DNA of 64,000 bases from a virus, in the IMG/VR virus record IMGVR_UViG_3300026473_000477, positions 15,615-79,614 of that record, one strand, 5' to 3'. The position numbers and the translations under genes are program-made. This document shows, piece after piece, positions 19,501 to 28,536 of the stretch (its first letter is position 1; every line of letters begins with the position of its first letter). The notes beneath the pieces were generated by a model. It was given only the letters and a program-made list of their open reading frames with translations. It was not told the origin of the DNA and did no database searches.

Positions 19501-20833
19501 TGACGAATACATTCAGATTTCCAATATTCAGGATATTGAAGTTGGAGATACTCTTGTCCAACAACAGACATTAACTATAAATAAATATAATAGACTTTTA
19601 AAAAAGCTTGACAGAGATGAGTCTCAATATTTATCAGATAATTACTTTTCTGAGCTTAAAGCATCCAGAGGAAGTAATATGGCTGAAAGGCTTACACTAC
19701 TGGCAGAAAAGCTTAACTTCGATTTAAATCCAGTTCCAACTGGTGCAAGCATTATCTGGAACAGTAAAACAGGTTACGTTAATGGTTTAAATGGAGGACT
19801 ATCAACTGATGCTAACAGAGCTTCAGGTCCTCTTTATGATAATGTATTTGCTTCTGGATTTGGAGAAACTGGAGATTATTCTTTTGACTTCTCTTTCCAA
19901 GGATTAAATACAGATGATGCCTTTGGAGTGTCAAATGATGGCTTCGCTGGATTTGATGGAATTATCCTAGCATCAGGTGGTACAGTGGCAGGAGTTCACA
20001 TTAACGGACTGCTACAACCATTTACAGGATTGACTATTGTTGGTGTCAATACATTTAATATTGCTAGAGTATCTGGAACTGTTACGATGACTTTGAATGG
20101 TAATGTTATTTTTACTGGAGCTGGTTCAGCTGGAATGATTAAATATCCTACAGCAAACCTTAGACCGGGATCACAGATAACGATGTCATCATCAGCAACA
20201 GCTGGCTCGAGCTTTAGTTTCACAATTCCTACTCCAAGTGGAATAAATAATCCAGCTGCTCACATGATTGATTTTAATAATATCATTGAAGCTTTAAATG
20301 ACCCAAACTCTGGGACTGGTTATAAAGACTATACTGAGCTTACATCTTACATTCCATTTGAAGGTAATATTGTTGGAATAGTTGGTAATCAGATTGCTAT
20401 TCAATTGAATTATACTGACAACTTTATTGAGGGAGATTTCCAAGTTTATAAAGCAATCAGAGTGAATGTAGAATATGCTCCTCAACATTTTGGAACTCCA
20501 GAAGTCTTAAAACAGATTAATCAAGGTACTTTAATATTTGATCAGAGTAATTTTTATGGTGGAAATATTGCTTATGCTACTGACAGAGCGCAAGATTACA
20601 TTGGAGTAAATTTCAATGGTCAAGGTCCAGGTTACTTTGGTGGATATAATTGGTCAGATGTTACTTGGGGAGGAGAGGGAACTGAATATACAGTAAGAAC
20701 TCTTATTCCAGTGGATAAGCAAAGATGTCGATATATTCATGTAAGATTTCAACATGCTTTTGCTTTAGATAAATTTAAATTATTGGGAATTTCTCTTGAA
20801 CCAAGAAATAATTCTCCAAGAGCTTATAGGTAA
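16532..20833 (+). CDS. Tail nozzle / stabilization protein (tubular B-like) with inserted domains
   Basis: 1433 aa; N-terminal ADNVVID..IEQRRG and propeller-like segments (RLYFSK..QPEA, AYRYNTFTRAWTRW). Confidence 0.6.
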   Translation: MSSLTSSRGLITNSSELTRADGALTEADNVVIDADNVIEQRRGFGEYGQLTLDNTYVKQILAYKNSIFRHYSSTLEYDSDGNGNFVAFDGDYSEVVSGLRIKSAELNGNFFFTTSDGIKKISALSNSEFTSNSGYITTAGGVKATSLISKIMPDDSGFLPAQSKVSYRLVWGTKDVNNVLVLGSPSSRSIVSNTSKDINIGESFLVSVINYTLITDGSFFTFDTPNNKYAPYFITTAMTPIPADAQIVNRQLVPIDIQGLTTNAQVAARIGTSLAALSDISVEVSGNDVTVSNNDGGDVLDASQGNVAIGALTVSTVFDGQTSAGIAANVELSFQIPSRVNTNYFYQLYRTAFITADASQLLSDIDPGDEHQLVYEAPITDADVTNGFITVTDITPDSFRAGNAFLYTNPVTGGGIISANEAPPIAQDIALFKNSMFFANTKELQRKQFNLLSVSDFVSGMSKLYVGDSNIFRSYTFVGTSEITDFTVQPRSTTTANSYIIINSANNERTYKVWFDTGIVPMEPIVPNTISIRVPLALYPDTNAGSIQAFIDAFEGITDFFVEDLMVMTGDQVRVSCTNNGPVTDPVNSMPSSGWTFTVFQQGTGENLATGQILLSGLDSVGQAVEETARSIERVINADPMSPVNAYYLSGLDDLPGILLLEARSLENSAFYLAISDAILSTKFNPNLPVNNTITATTIMGNLFTTSGNHGYLVGNQIYLNDGVMYKGVYKIATVPAPNQFTVTGLMITVDQTMLTGVSYLTTVGSDNSVNPNRLYFSKILQPEAVPLVNFIDIGPKDKAIRRILALRDSLVVLKDDGVYIVSGPSAPNFSVRLVDSSAIITAPDTAQNLNNLIYMLSTQGVVTASETGVSVISRNIENRITEVTNNKYNYKTIGFGVTYESDRSYIIWLPTKVADVTATQAYRYNTFTRAWTRWDKPATCGLTNPADDKIYIGSGDNRKFVLKERKNFERQDYADRDFTRSFLNTSFLVDEYIQISNIQDIEVGDTLVQQQTLTINKYNRLLKKLDRDESQYLSDNYFSELKASRGSNMAERLTLLAEKLNFDLNPVPTGASIIWNSKTGYVNGLNGGLSTDANRASGPLYDNVFASGFGETGDYSFDFSFQGLNTDDAFGVSNDGFAGFDGIILASGGTVAGVHINGLLQPFTGLTIVGVNTFNIARVSGTVTMTLNGNVIFTGAGSAGMIKYPTANLRPGSQITMSSSATAGSSFSFTIPTPSGINNPAAHMIDFNNIIEALNDPNSGTGYKDYTELTSYIPFEGNIVGIVGNQIAIQLNYTDNFIEGDFQVYKAIRVNVEYAPQHFGTPEVLKQINQGTLIFDQSNFYGGNIAYATDRAQDYIGVNFNGQGPGYFGGYNWSDVTWGGEGTEYTVRTLIPVDKQRCRYIHVRFQHAFALDKFKLLGISLEPRNNSPRAYR

Positions 20834-20872
20834 TTATTTAGTTTATATTCTAAAATAAACCATTAGGGATTT

Positions 20873-21280
20873 ATGCCAAAATTAAGTGATATTAGAAGAA
20901 TTGTTCCAGAAGACTTTAGCCAAGAAGATCAAGATACTGCTCAGAGAATAGCTGGCAGTTATAATGAATTTGCTGATGAGCTTTATGGAATAATTAATGG
21001 TAACTTAGATTTTGAAAACCTTTCCAGAAGAAAGATTCAAGTTGATTTAAATATTGGAAACAATGGATCTATTATTGGAACAAATGTTGTAATTACCAAT
21101 CTTTCTTTTGTTTCTGGTATTAATGTTATTAAATTTGATAATCTTACTAATAATACAATCAGAGCAACTTCAGCTCCAGCCGTTTCATTTACATATAACG
21201 GCTCAGGAAGATTTACAATTAATTACGTTATTGGACTTCCTACTGGAAAATGGAGACTGATATTAGAGGTTATACAGTAA
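20873..21280 (+). CDS. Virion structural protein
   Basis: 135 aa after the nozzle gene; INGNLDFENL motif. Confidence 0.5.
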   Translation: MPKLSDIRRIVPEDFSQEDQDTAQRIAGSYNEFADELYGIINGNLDFENLSRRKIQVDLNIGNNGSIIGTNVVITNLSFVSGINVIKFDNLTNNTIRATSAPAVSFTYNGSGRFTINYVIGLPTGKWRLILEVIQ

Positions 21281-21515
21281 CTTATTGGCGTAGTTTTATC
21301 TATGTAGAAAGGAAGTCTACCTAGTAAAACCAATAACTTACTATGTTTGAGTGTTCAGTTAGAGGGTTTGCCAATTTAAGGCTGAATGTCTTCATTTCCT
21401 ATGGAAGCCTTCCGCTGGGTACTTAATCCTTGCTCGACACCCAGAAGTGCGTTTGTTTATCGGGACACCTGTATCGCTTTCGCTCTATTTCACGGTCTTC
21501 GATAGGAAACTGCTT
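21281..21515 (-). ncRNA. Putative structured non-coding RNA (~235 nt), family unidentified
   Basis: Own promoter, more GC-rich than flanks, several stems (TTTCCTAT/ATAGGAAA, CTGGGT/ACCCAG, long 3' hairpin), no ORF of 60 aa or more. Confidence 0.55.
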
Positions 21516-21521
21516 TCTAAT

Positions 21522-21550
21522 AGTTTATCATAGGTGATTTACTTTGGCAA
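21522..21550 (-). promoter_or_regulatory. sigma70-type promoter for the putative ncRNA
   Basis: TTGCCA-N17-TAAACT with extended -10 TG. Confidence 0.7.
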
Positions 21551-21626
21551 GACTTAATATTAATGTAATTACAATGAGTTATAATTATTTTTCAAAATAT
21601 TTAATAATTTAGCCAAAAAAGCGTGT

Positions 21627-21640
21627 AATATCGCTATTAT
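21627..21640 (+). promoter_or_regulatory. Putative late-promoter motif
   Basis: AATATCGCTATTAT before the AGGAG-preceded ATG at 21661. Confidence 0.6.
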
Positions 21641-21660
21641 ATGTATAGGAGTTTTATTTA

Positions 21661-24021
21661 ATGGCATTTTTAAAAGATGATGAAGATTCTAATCAGACTC
21701 TTGGATTAAATAAACCAAATGATAATACCAAGCAAGATCAGGCTAATGCAGCTGATCAAGTTCAATTATCTACTCCTTCAGCTGTTTCATCTCAAGATGC
21801 TAACGCTAATGCGACTGGTCCACAAGCTATTCAAGCTAATCAACCAGCAAATCCTAGAGCCTCATCTGGAACATTTACAAATATCAAACAATACATTGAT
21901 GCCAATAAAGGTAACAGAATCGCTTCTGCTACTTCTCAAAGGCTTCAAACAGCTACTAATCAAGCTCAACGTGGCGTATCTGATGCTCAGAAACAATTCT
22001 CCCAAAGAGTCGACACTGGAACTCTTGCCAATAGAGGTCAAGCAATTGCAGACATTAACGCAGCTGTAAATAAGGCTAAGAATGTTACTGCTCTGCCAGC
22101 TGTTCAACCTCCGGTTCAAGCTCAACCATTATCAAATGAAGTCACTACTCCAGCTCCAACTCAACCAGTAGTTCAAGCTGCTAAACAAGCTCCTCAATAC
22201 ATTGACGATGTTACTAAAAGCAGATTTGCTGATATTATTAATGCAAGATATACTGGTCCAGAATCTTTAAGACAAGCTGGATTATTTGACAAGGCTAGTG
22301 GACAAGTTTCACAAGCTCAAGCTTTACTTAATAAAACTGGTAATGCTCAAAACAGAACAAGTTTACTTAGAGATGTCTTTGCTCAAAATAGAGACTATAA
22401 TCGTGGACAACAAGGACTTGATGCGTTACTTTTAAACACAGATAAGTCTGGAGTTCAGAGAATACAGCAACAAGGAAAGCAAGCTGGTGATTTACAAAGA
22501 TCACTTGAGTCTGCCGACACTGAAGCTATAAACCTTGCCACTAACAGAGCCAATGAAGTTTCCAATATTAGAAAACAAGCCAGAGATATATTTACTGGTG
22601 AGCAGAAAGGTTTAGAAACAGGAATAGAGAAGAGAATTGATGATTTGATTGTAACTCCAGCTAAGGATGCTTCAGGTAATCTTATTCCAAAATTGGATGC
22701 TACTGGTAAGCCGATGGTTGACGCTAGTGGTAATCCTGTATATCAAACTGAATGGGATAGAATCCCTGAATACTTTAAAGATGTAATTAGAAATAAAGAA
22801 GCTAATAACAAAGCTTTAATTGATAAGAATGTTCAAGACATCACAGCTAATGAAATCAATCCAATAATTAATAGTGATGCTTATAAATCAGCTTTGGCTG
22901 CTAAAAATAAGTTAGATCAAGTAACTCGACAGCTTCAAGATGCTGAGACTAACTTAGCTTTTTCGGGTGGATTTACAAGTCCATTTGATAGTACGATTTC
23001 AAGTCCAGGTCTATCTCAACAAGAGATTGATAACTTGAATAAACAAGTAGCCCAACTTAAACAACAACAGGCTGCTTTACAAGCTCCAGCTCAACAATTG
23101 GCAGGATTTCAAAACCAAATCAACGCAGCAAATGCTAAGATTGCTCAAGAGAAGCAGAGAAGTCTTAAACAGCTTAACCTTACTCCAGAAGAAATGGCTA
23201 TATTAGGTGTTTCTAGTGGCGAAGGTTTATATAACCTTGGACAAGATGCTATCGCTCAGGCTAAAGCTGAAAGAGATAGACTAGTCACAAGAGATGAACA
23301 GGCTAGACTCTTTGCGTTATCACAATTGGCAGGATTAGATCTTGACAAAGCACTCAAATCTGACGTATTATATAATGATTTGGATAAAGCTGGAACTCAG
23401 ACATTAAACAGTTCTTTAGATACTCAGAAAATTAGAGATGTCTTAAATGCTGAAGAACAAGCTTTTAGAGAAATGGCTCAAGGTGCTAATATAACAGGTT
23501 TTGGTTCTAAGAAGAATAAGACTTCAGGTAAAAGGTATTATGCTGAACAATCTGCAAATCTTGGAGATATCTTAAAGAAAGCTGGTTATGACTTTAGTAA
23601 ACCCCTTTCTACTCAAGTTGGAAATGCTGATATTATAAATGCATCTAACACAAGTAGAGATCAAGAAGGTGGATTGAAAGGGATAGCTGGTGCGATTGAA
23701 GCCAATAAAGAATTAGTTGATCCTAGTGGTAGGTCTGTTTTAGAAACTGCTATTAATTTAGGGCTTCCTCTTTCTGGACTTACAGGAGCGTTAGGGTTAG
23801 GTTCTATTGGTTCTGCTGTTACAGGTGCTTTAGGATTTGGGGGAGCTAATTCAAGAGCTTCCAAAGCTGATGCAAAACAATTTGCAATTCAAGACTTGCA
23901 GAATAAAGTACAAAATGCAATAGCACAATCTGGATTTGAAAACAGAGTAAATACGACAAATGATAGTTTAGCAAGAGCAAGAACAGAAGCATTGAAAGAA
24001 TTACTAAAAAGGCAAGGATAA
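21661..24021 (+). CDS. Internal virion / ejection protein
   Basis: 786 aa, Q/A/N-rich helical, Gly-rich hydrophobic segment near the C-terminus. Confidence 0.55.
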   Translation: MAFLKDDEDSNQTLGLNKPNDNTKQDQANAADQVQLSTPSAVSSQDANANATGPQAIQANQPANPRASSGTFTNIKQYIDANKGNRIASATSQRLQTATNQAQRGVSDAQKQFSQRVDTGTLANRGQAIADINAAVNKAKNVTALPAVQPPVQAQPLSNEVTTPAPTQPVVQAAKQAPQYIDDVTKSRFADIINARYTGPESLRQAGLFDKASGQVSQAQALLNKTGNAQNRTSLLRDVFAQNRDYNRGQQGLDALLLNTDKSGVQRIQQQGKQAGDLQRSLESADTEAINLATNRANEVSNIRKQARDIFTGEQKGLETGIEKRIDDLIVTPAKDASGNLIPKLDATGKPMVDASGNPVYQTEWDRIPEYFKDVIRNKEANNKALIDKNVQDITANEINPIINSDAYKSALAAKNKLDQVTRQLQDAETNLAFSGGFTSPFDSTISSPGLSQQEIDNLNKQVAQLKQQQAALQAPAQQLAGFQNQINAANAKIAQEKQRSLKQLNLTPEEMAILGVSSGEGLYNLGQDAIAQAKAERDRLVTRDEQARLFALSQLAGLDLDKALKSDVLYNDLDKAGTQTLNSSLDTQKIRDVLNAEEQAFREMAQGANITGFGSKKNKTSGKRYYAEQSANLGDILKKAGYDFSKPLSTQVGNADIINASNTSRDQEGGLKGIAGAIEANKELVDPSGRSVLETAINLGLPLSGLTGALGLGSIGSAVTGALGFGGANSRASKADAKQFAIQDLQNKVQNAIAQSGFENRVNTTNDSLARARTEALKELLKRQG

Positions 24022-24024
24022 TAT

Positions 24025-25017
24025 ATGGGAATTTTGGACACACTATTTGGAGGCGGTAACGCTGGTAAAAAAGAGGCTAAGGAAGCAAATCAAATCCTTA
24101 GAGATAATATTGCCAGATTGGAAAGAATCGGTATTCCAACTATTGAAGCACAAAAGATTGCTTTATCTGATCCAGAATTAGTTGGACTATTAGAAGCTGA
24201 ACAACTCGGACCATCAGCTTTAGAAGCTATTCAGCAAGACCCAAGACTTAGACAATCAGCTTTGAGATCATTAGCTGGAATTGAAGAGTTGGCTAAAACT
24301 GGATTAGGTGCTGAAGATAAACTCGCTCTAGATCAAATCCTAAGACAATCATCAGCTCAAGCTCAAGCTCAAAAAGAATCAATTTTACAAAACGCTGCCA
24401 GTCAAGGTACGTTAGACTCTGGAAACGCTCTTATAGCTCAATTACAAGCTGGACAAGCTGCTGCTGATAGGCAATCACAACAAGGCTTACAAGTCGCCGC
24501 TAACGCTGCTGCTGCACGTAGAGCTGCTTTACTTAGCCAAGGTGATATGGCTTCAAGACTTAGCCAACAAGACCTTGGAGTTAAAACTCAGGCTGCTAGT
24601 GCTAGAGATGCCATTAATCAATTTAATGCACAAAATAGACAGAATGTTGCTGCTTCTAATTTAGCTGCTAGACAAGGTATTTCTAATCAAAAGACTGCCA
24701 ATAGAAATCAAGAAGAAATTGCTAATAAATCTCTTATTCAGCAAAACTTCCAAAACCAAATTCAAAAAGCTGGTGGAGTTGCAAACGCTTCAAATGCTTT
24801 AGCTAGTAATTTACAGAATCAAGCTCAGGCTGCTCAAGCTGCTGAACAAGCTCAAAGAGGCGCTATTATTGGAGCTGCTACTAATATTGGAATAGCTGGA
24901 ATTAAAGGTGGACTTTTTAGTGGGAGCAAAGCTGCTCCACAAACTGGTGGACTAGGGACAGAAATTGAGCCAGGTTCTATGGATGAATATTATATGAAAC
25001 AAGGCTGGAAGAAATAA
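24025..25017 (+). CDS. Internal virion / ejection (pilot-like) protein
   Basis: MGILDTLFGGG start, very Q/A-rich, C-terminal GAIIGAATNIGIAG. Confidence 0.6.
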   Translation: MGILDTLFGGGNAGKKEAKEANQILRDNIARLERIGIPTIEAQKIALSDPELVGLLEAEQLGPSALEAIQQDPRLRQSALRSLAGIEELAKTGLGAEDKLALDQILRQSSAQAQAQKESILQNAASQGTLDSGNALIAQLQAGQAAADRQSQQGLQVAANAAAARRAALLSQGDMASRLSQQDLGVKTQAASARDAINQFNAQNRQNVAASNLAARQGISNQKTANRNQEEIANKSLIQQNFQNQIQKAGGVANASNALASNLQNQAQAAQAAEQAQRGAIIGAATNIGIAGIKGGLFSGSKAAPQTGGLGTEIEPGSMDEYYMKQGWKK

Positions 25018-25018
25018 T

Positions 25019-26233
25019 ATGAAAAAATACGAAGATTTATTAAGTGCTTGGGATAAAATAAATGGTCAAACTGTAGAGATTCCATTTGCTCCAATTGAAG
25101 AAAAACCTCCAGTTGAGCAAGTTGAAGCTAAGCCAGTAATAGCTCCTAAGCCTCAGATGCCAACAATTCAGGCTCAGAATCAGGACATTGAAGATCAAGA
25201 AATGATCGACAATTCTCCAGTTGTTCAGAATATTCCAATGATGCAGTCAGCTCCTTCAAGATCTGAAAGCATAATGGAAGAATATAGAAAACTAGTGGAC
25301 ACTTCTAGTCAAGATTTACAGGATGCTAAAAATAAAGATTTAGCTATTAACCTTATTGGAAACTTAGGCGATAATTTAACGACTTATTTGAATGCCGCTG
25401 GTGAGAAAGGCGCTAAGACTGGAGCAGGAGTTCAAAGAGGAGCTGGAGCTGCTGACTTTGCTTCTAAGTTGGCTGATGAAGCTGCTACTCAGAATGCTAT
25501 AAATAAGCAGAGAGTTGATGCTTTGTTGGAGCAATACAGACAAATGTCTTTGGGTGAAAGAGCTTTGATGGCGCAACAAAATCAACAGAATATTGCTAGA
25601 GAAAGAAATCAAGCAATGCTAGATGCTGCGAGAGCAAGAGGTCAAGGATCTGGGTTAGCCGCTGATAGATTTAATTTACAAAAAGAACAAATTGAATATA
25701 AGAAAATAGAGAATCTACAAAATGGATTTAACAAAGATAAGCAAGTAATAAAGGCAGAAGAAAGAATACAATCTGCGCAAACATTAAAAGAGTTGGTAAA
25801 TGGTAATCCAATTACCCAAGAAGCAGCTAAAACATTTGCAGCAAAAGCATCCGGAGAGGTCGGAGCTTTATCTGATCAAGATAGGGCTGCTTACGGTGGA
25901 AGTAAAGCAATATTGTCTAAGTTAAATTCTGCAATAAATCAAGCTGCCACTGGTGAACTTACAGAAGAAAATAAGAAGTTTATGAACGAACTTGCTGTAA
26001 AATTTGAACAAGCCGGACAAAGAGATCTTAGTGCTAGATTAAATCTATATACAAAACAGGCTTCAAAAAGAATACAGCTTCCAGAATCAGAGATTAGAGA
26101 AATCATAAGACCAACTATTGACGAAATCCAGCCAGATAATACTCCAAGTACAATTATAAGACTTGATCCTAAAACTAATAGAAAAGTCGAATATGATGCT
26201 GTAACTAAAAAACCAATAAGGTATGTGGATTAA
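25019..26233 (+). CDS. Internal virion / ejection protein
   Basis: 404 aa, helical, GEVGALSDQD motif, in the ejection cluster. Confidence 0.55.
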   Translation: MKKYEDLLSAWDKINGQTVEIPFAPIEEKPPVEQVEAKPVIAPKPQMPTIQAQNQDIEDQEMIDNSPVVQNIPMMQSAPSRSESIMEEYRKLVDTSSQDLQDAKNKDLAINLIGNLGDNLTTYLNAAGEKGAKTGAGVQRGAGAADFASKLADEAATQNAINKQRVDALLEQYRQMSLGERALMAQQNQQNIARERNQAMLDAARARGQGSGLAADRFNLQKEQIEYKKIENLQNGFNKDKQVIKAEERIQSAQTLKELVNGNPITQEAAKTFAAKASGEVGALSDQDRAAYGGSKAILSKLNSAINQAATGELTEENKKFMNELAVKFEQAGQRDLSARLNLYTKQASKRIQLPESEIREIIRPTIDEIQPDNTPSTIIRLDPKTNRKVEYDAVTKKPIRYVD

Positions 26234-26235
26234 TT

Positions 26236-28245
26236 ATGAAAAACGAACTACCTAAATTTGAAGATACAGTTGACGCTGATCAACTTCCTGATAATAACCA
26301 AAATCAAGACCTTCCTAGTTTTGATCAAACAGAAGATTTACCATCTTTTGAAGATACATTAAATCCTGAAGAGGCTTCTCAGCCAAAAGAATTAGAGTCT
26401 GGACTGAAGTCTATAGCTGCATATAAAGGTGCTAGTTCTGGTTTAAATCTGTTAGGTAAAACTTATGATACTATCACTAACAGAATGGGGAAACTTACTC
26501 CAGACCAAAGAGATATTATTCGACAAAATCCTGAAGAATATAAAAAAGCTAGAGTATTTAAAGATACTCTTGATGATTATTTAAATGTAGTTAAGAACCT
26601 AAGAGAATCCGGTGTAGATTATTCTAGAATAGGAAAACAATCATTATCCGGAAATGTTCAAGGAAGTGACGTAATTAAGGCTTTATCTGATATTAAAGAA
26701 GCTCCGCTGGCAAATTTATTACCACAAGAAGATCCTCAATTTATAGCAAGAAATGCCAGTTTAAATCAATCTGAAAAAATATTGGCTAAAAAAGCAGAAA
26801 TCGATAGTAAACTAAAACAATTATCAGAACTTGGAATTGAGTCTCCTGAAATAAATGCAGAAATTAATAAATTAAGTAAACAATCGGCTGATTTGTATAG
26901 TAAATCATTATCACCTATTCGACCAACGATCGAAGATTATTCTAAAGCTACAAACTTCCCAAAAGAAGTATTACTAGCAAATCCTTCATTAAAACAAAAA
27001 AGAATACAGAAAGAATTAGGGAATGTTTTAAGTTCTAACGTAGACTTCCTGAAAGGTACTGAACTTTCTTCTTTTGATGTTGCTGATAAGTTGATACCAT
27101 CTTATCAAGATCAAGTAAATTACAACAAAATGTTTGCTGATGAAACAACTAAGTTTAAAGCAGAGCAAGCTAGAAATGTCTCTAATTTTTTAAAAAATCT
27201 ACCGGGATCAGAAACCTTTAAGAGAGGTCAAGAGTTATCTGCTAGAGCGATAAAAGCAGAAAATACACTAGAAGAATTTGGAATATCAATTGATGATAAT
27301 GGTAATCCCTACGTAAAAAATCAAAATGCTATATCTAATATTTACAAGAAAGATAACGCTTCACAGATCAAAAGATTACAAGATGCTTTAGATGAAGCAG
27401 AGAAACTTAAACAAATTAAAACAGTTGGAGGATTTCTTCCTGACCAAAAGGTAGCAAATGTTACCAGTCCTTTAGCTAAAGAACTTCCATTAAGTGCTAT
27501 TAAAGAAGTAGTTGAAAACTCTCCAGATTCTACATTGTCTAGGATTATTAAAACATCAGCAGGATTTTCTACAGCCGGTCCAACAGGAGCGATTGTAGCA
27601 AACACAGTAGCTCCTTCATCGACTAAAATACAAGAATTTTTAACTTTACTAGAAGCAAATAAAGCACTAAAATTAACAGGAAAAGTAGGTAAAAAATTAA
27701 TACCAGCTTTAGCTGGAGGTGCTGTAGGTTTAACCGCTCAAGCCGCAGAAGAAGGTGTAGACTCTACTCCGACTGGTGCTTCTCCTACTATGCCTGAATA
27801 TTATAAAGAGAGAGGGGTAAAGGGTTTTGATGAGCAACAAAGATTAGCCGAAAATGCTAAAAAGAAAATAGAGAGAGAAGATATAGCTAATCAAATGGCT
27901 GGATTTAATAGAGGATTGATAAGTTCAGAAGAGATGTCTAGTTTATCTAAAAGATATAAAGAGCTAGCTCCAGATACACAAAAAAGACCATTTAACCAAA
28001 ATGCAATGATTCCTTTAGCACCAAAAGAAAGTACAAAAGCTTTAAATGTTCAAGATAATAAGGACACATTAGAAGAGTTATTAAATAAGTTTCAAAATAT
28101 GACTGACTCTAAAGCTGCTCAAGGACAAGCTGAAATCATCAATAAAGCCTTAAATGGAAGCGATAAAGAGAAAGCTGTGGCAGAATATCAGCTACAACAA
28201 AGTCCAGCTTATAGACAAGCTTTAGCCAAGAAGAAACAGAGTTAA
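26236..28245 (+). CDS. Internal virion / ejection protein
   Basis: 669 aa; three N-terminal LPxF(E/D)xT repeats and Gly/Ala-rich segments. Confidence 0.5.
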   Translation: MKNELPKFEDTVDADQLPDNNQNQDLPSFDQTEDLPSFEDTLNPEEASQPKELESGLKSIAAYKGASSGLNLLGKTYDTITNRMGKLTPDQRDIIRQNPEEYKKARVFKDTLDDYLNVVKNLRESGVDYSRIGKQSLSGNVQGSDVIKALSDIKEAPLANLLPQEDPQFIARNASLNQSEKILAKKAEIDSKLKQLSELGIESPEINAEINKLSKQSADLYSKSLSPIRPTIEDYSKATNFPKEVLLANPSLKQKRIQKELGNVLSSNVDFLKGTELSSFDVADKLIPSYQDQVNYNKMFADETTKFKAEQARNVSNFLKNLPGSETFKRGQELSARAIKAENTLEEFGISIDDNGNPYVKNQNAISNIYKKDNASQIKRLQDALDEAEKLKQIKTVGGFLPDQKVANVTSPLAKELPLSAIKEVVENSPDSTLSRIIKTSAGFSTAGPTGAIVANTVAPSSTKIQEFLTLLEANKALKLTGKVGKKLIPALAGGAVGLTAQAAEEGVDSTPTGASPTMPEYYKERGVKGFDEQQRLAENAKKKIEREDIANQMAGFNRGLISSEEMSSLSKRYKELAPDTQKRPFNQNAMIPLAPKESTKALNVQDNKDTLEELLNKFQNMTDSKAAQGQAEIINKALNGSDKEKAVAEYQLQQSPAYRQALAKKKQS

Positions 28246-28260
28246 TACTCAGAGGTCAAT

Positions 28261-28536
28261 ATGGAAAATAGACTTGATAAAATTGAGCAGAAATTAGACA
28301 AAATAGCCGAAGAATTGTCGGAAATTAATGTAACTCTGGCTGAACAAAACAAAGACCTAAAATACCATATTCACAGAACTGACCTCGCTGAAGATCACAT
28401 AAAATTACTTGAAAATAAAATTACTCCACTGGATAAACACGTTACAATGATTGAAGGTGGATTGAAATTAATCGGAATACTTTCCACTTGTGTAACACTA
28501 CTGGCAGGGATTATCAAGATTATTAACCTAGTCTAA
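28261..28536 (+). CDS. XhlA/holin-like membrane protein
   Basis: Coiled coil followed by a single C-terminal TM; last gene of the + strand block. Confidence 0.5.
   Translation: MENRLDKIEQKLDKIAEELSEINVTLAEQNKDLKYHIHRTDLAEDHIKLLENKITPLDKHVTMIEGGLKLIGILSTCVTLLAGIIKIINLV

Noticed and set aside
129-28245. Antisense and alternate-frame ORFs within structural genes (e.g. 129..563, 735..917, 9466..9732, 13939..14256, 21719..22069)
   Set aside because: They overlap well-supported genes and show no recognisable motifs
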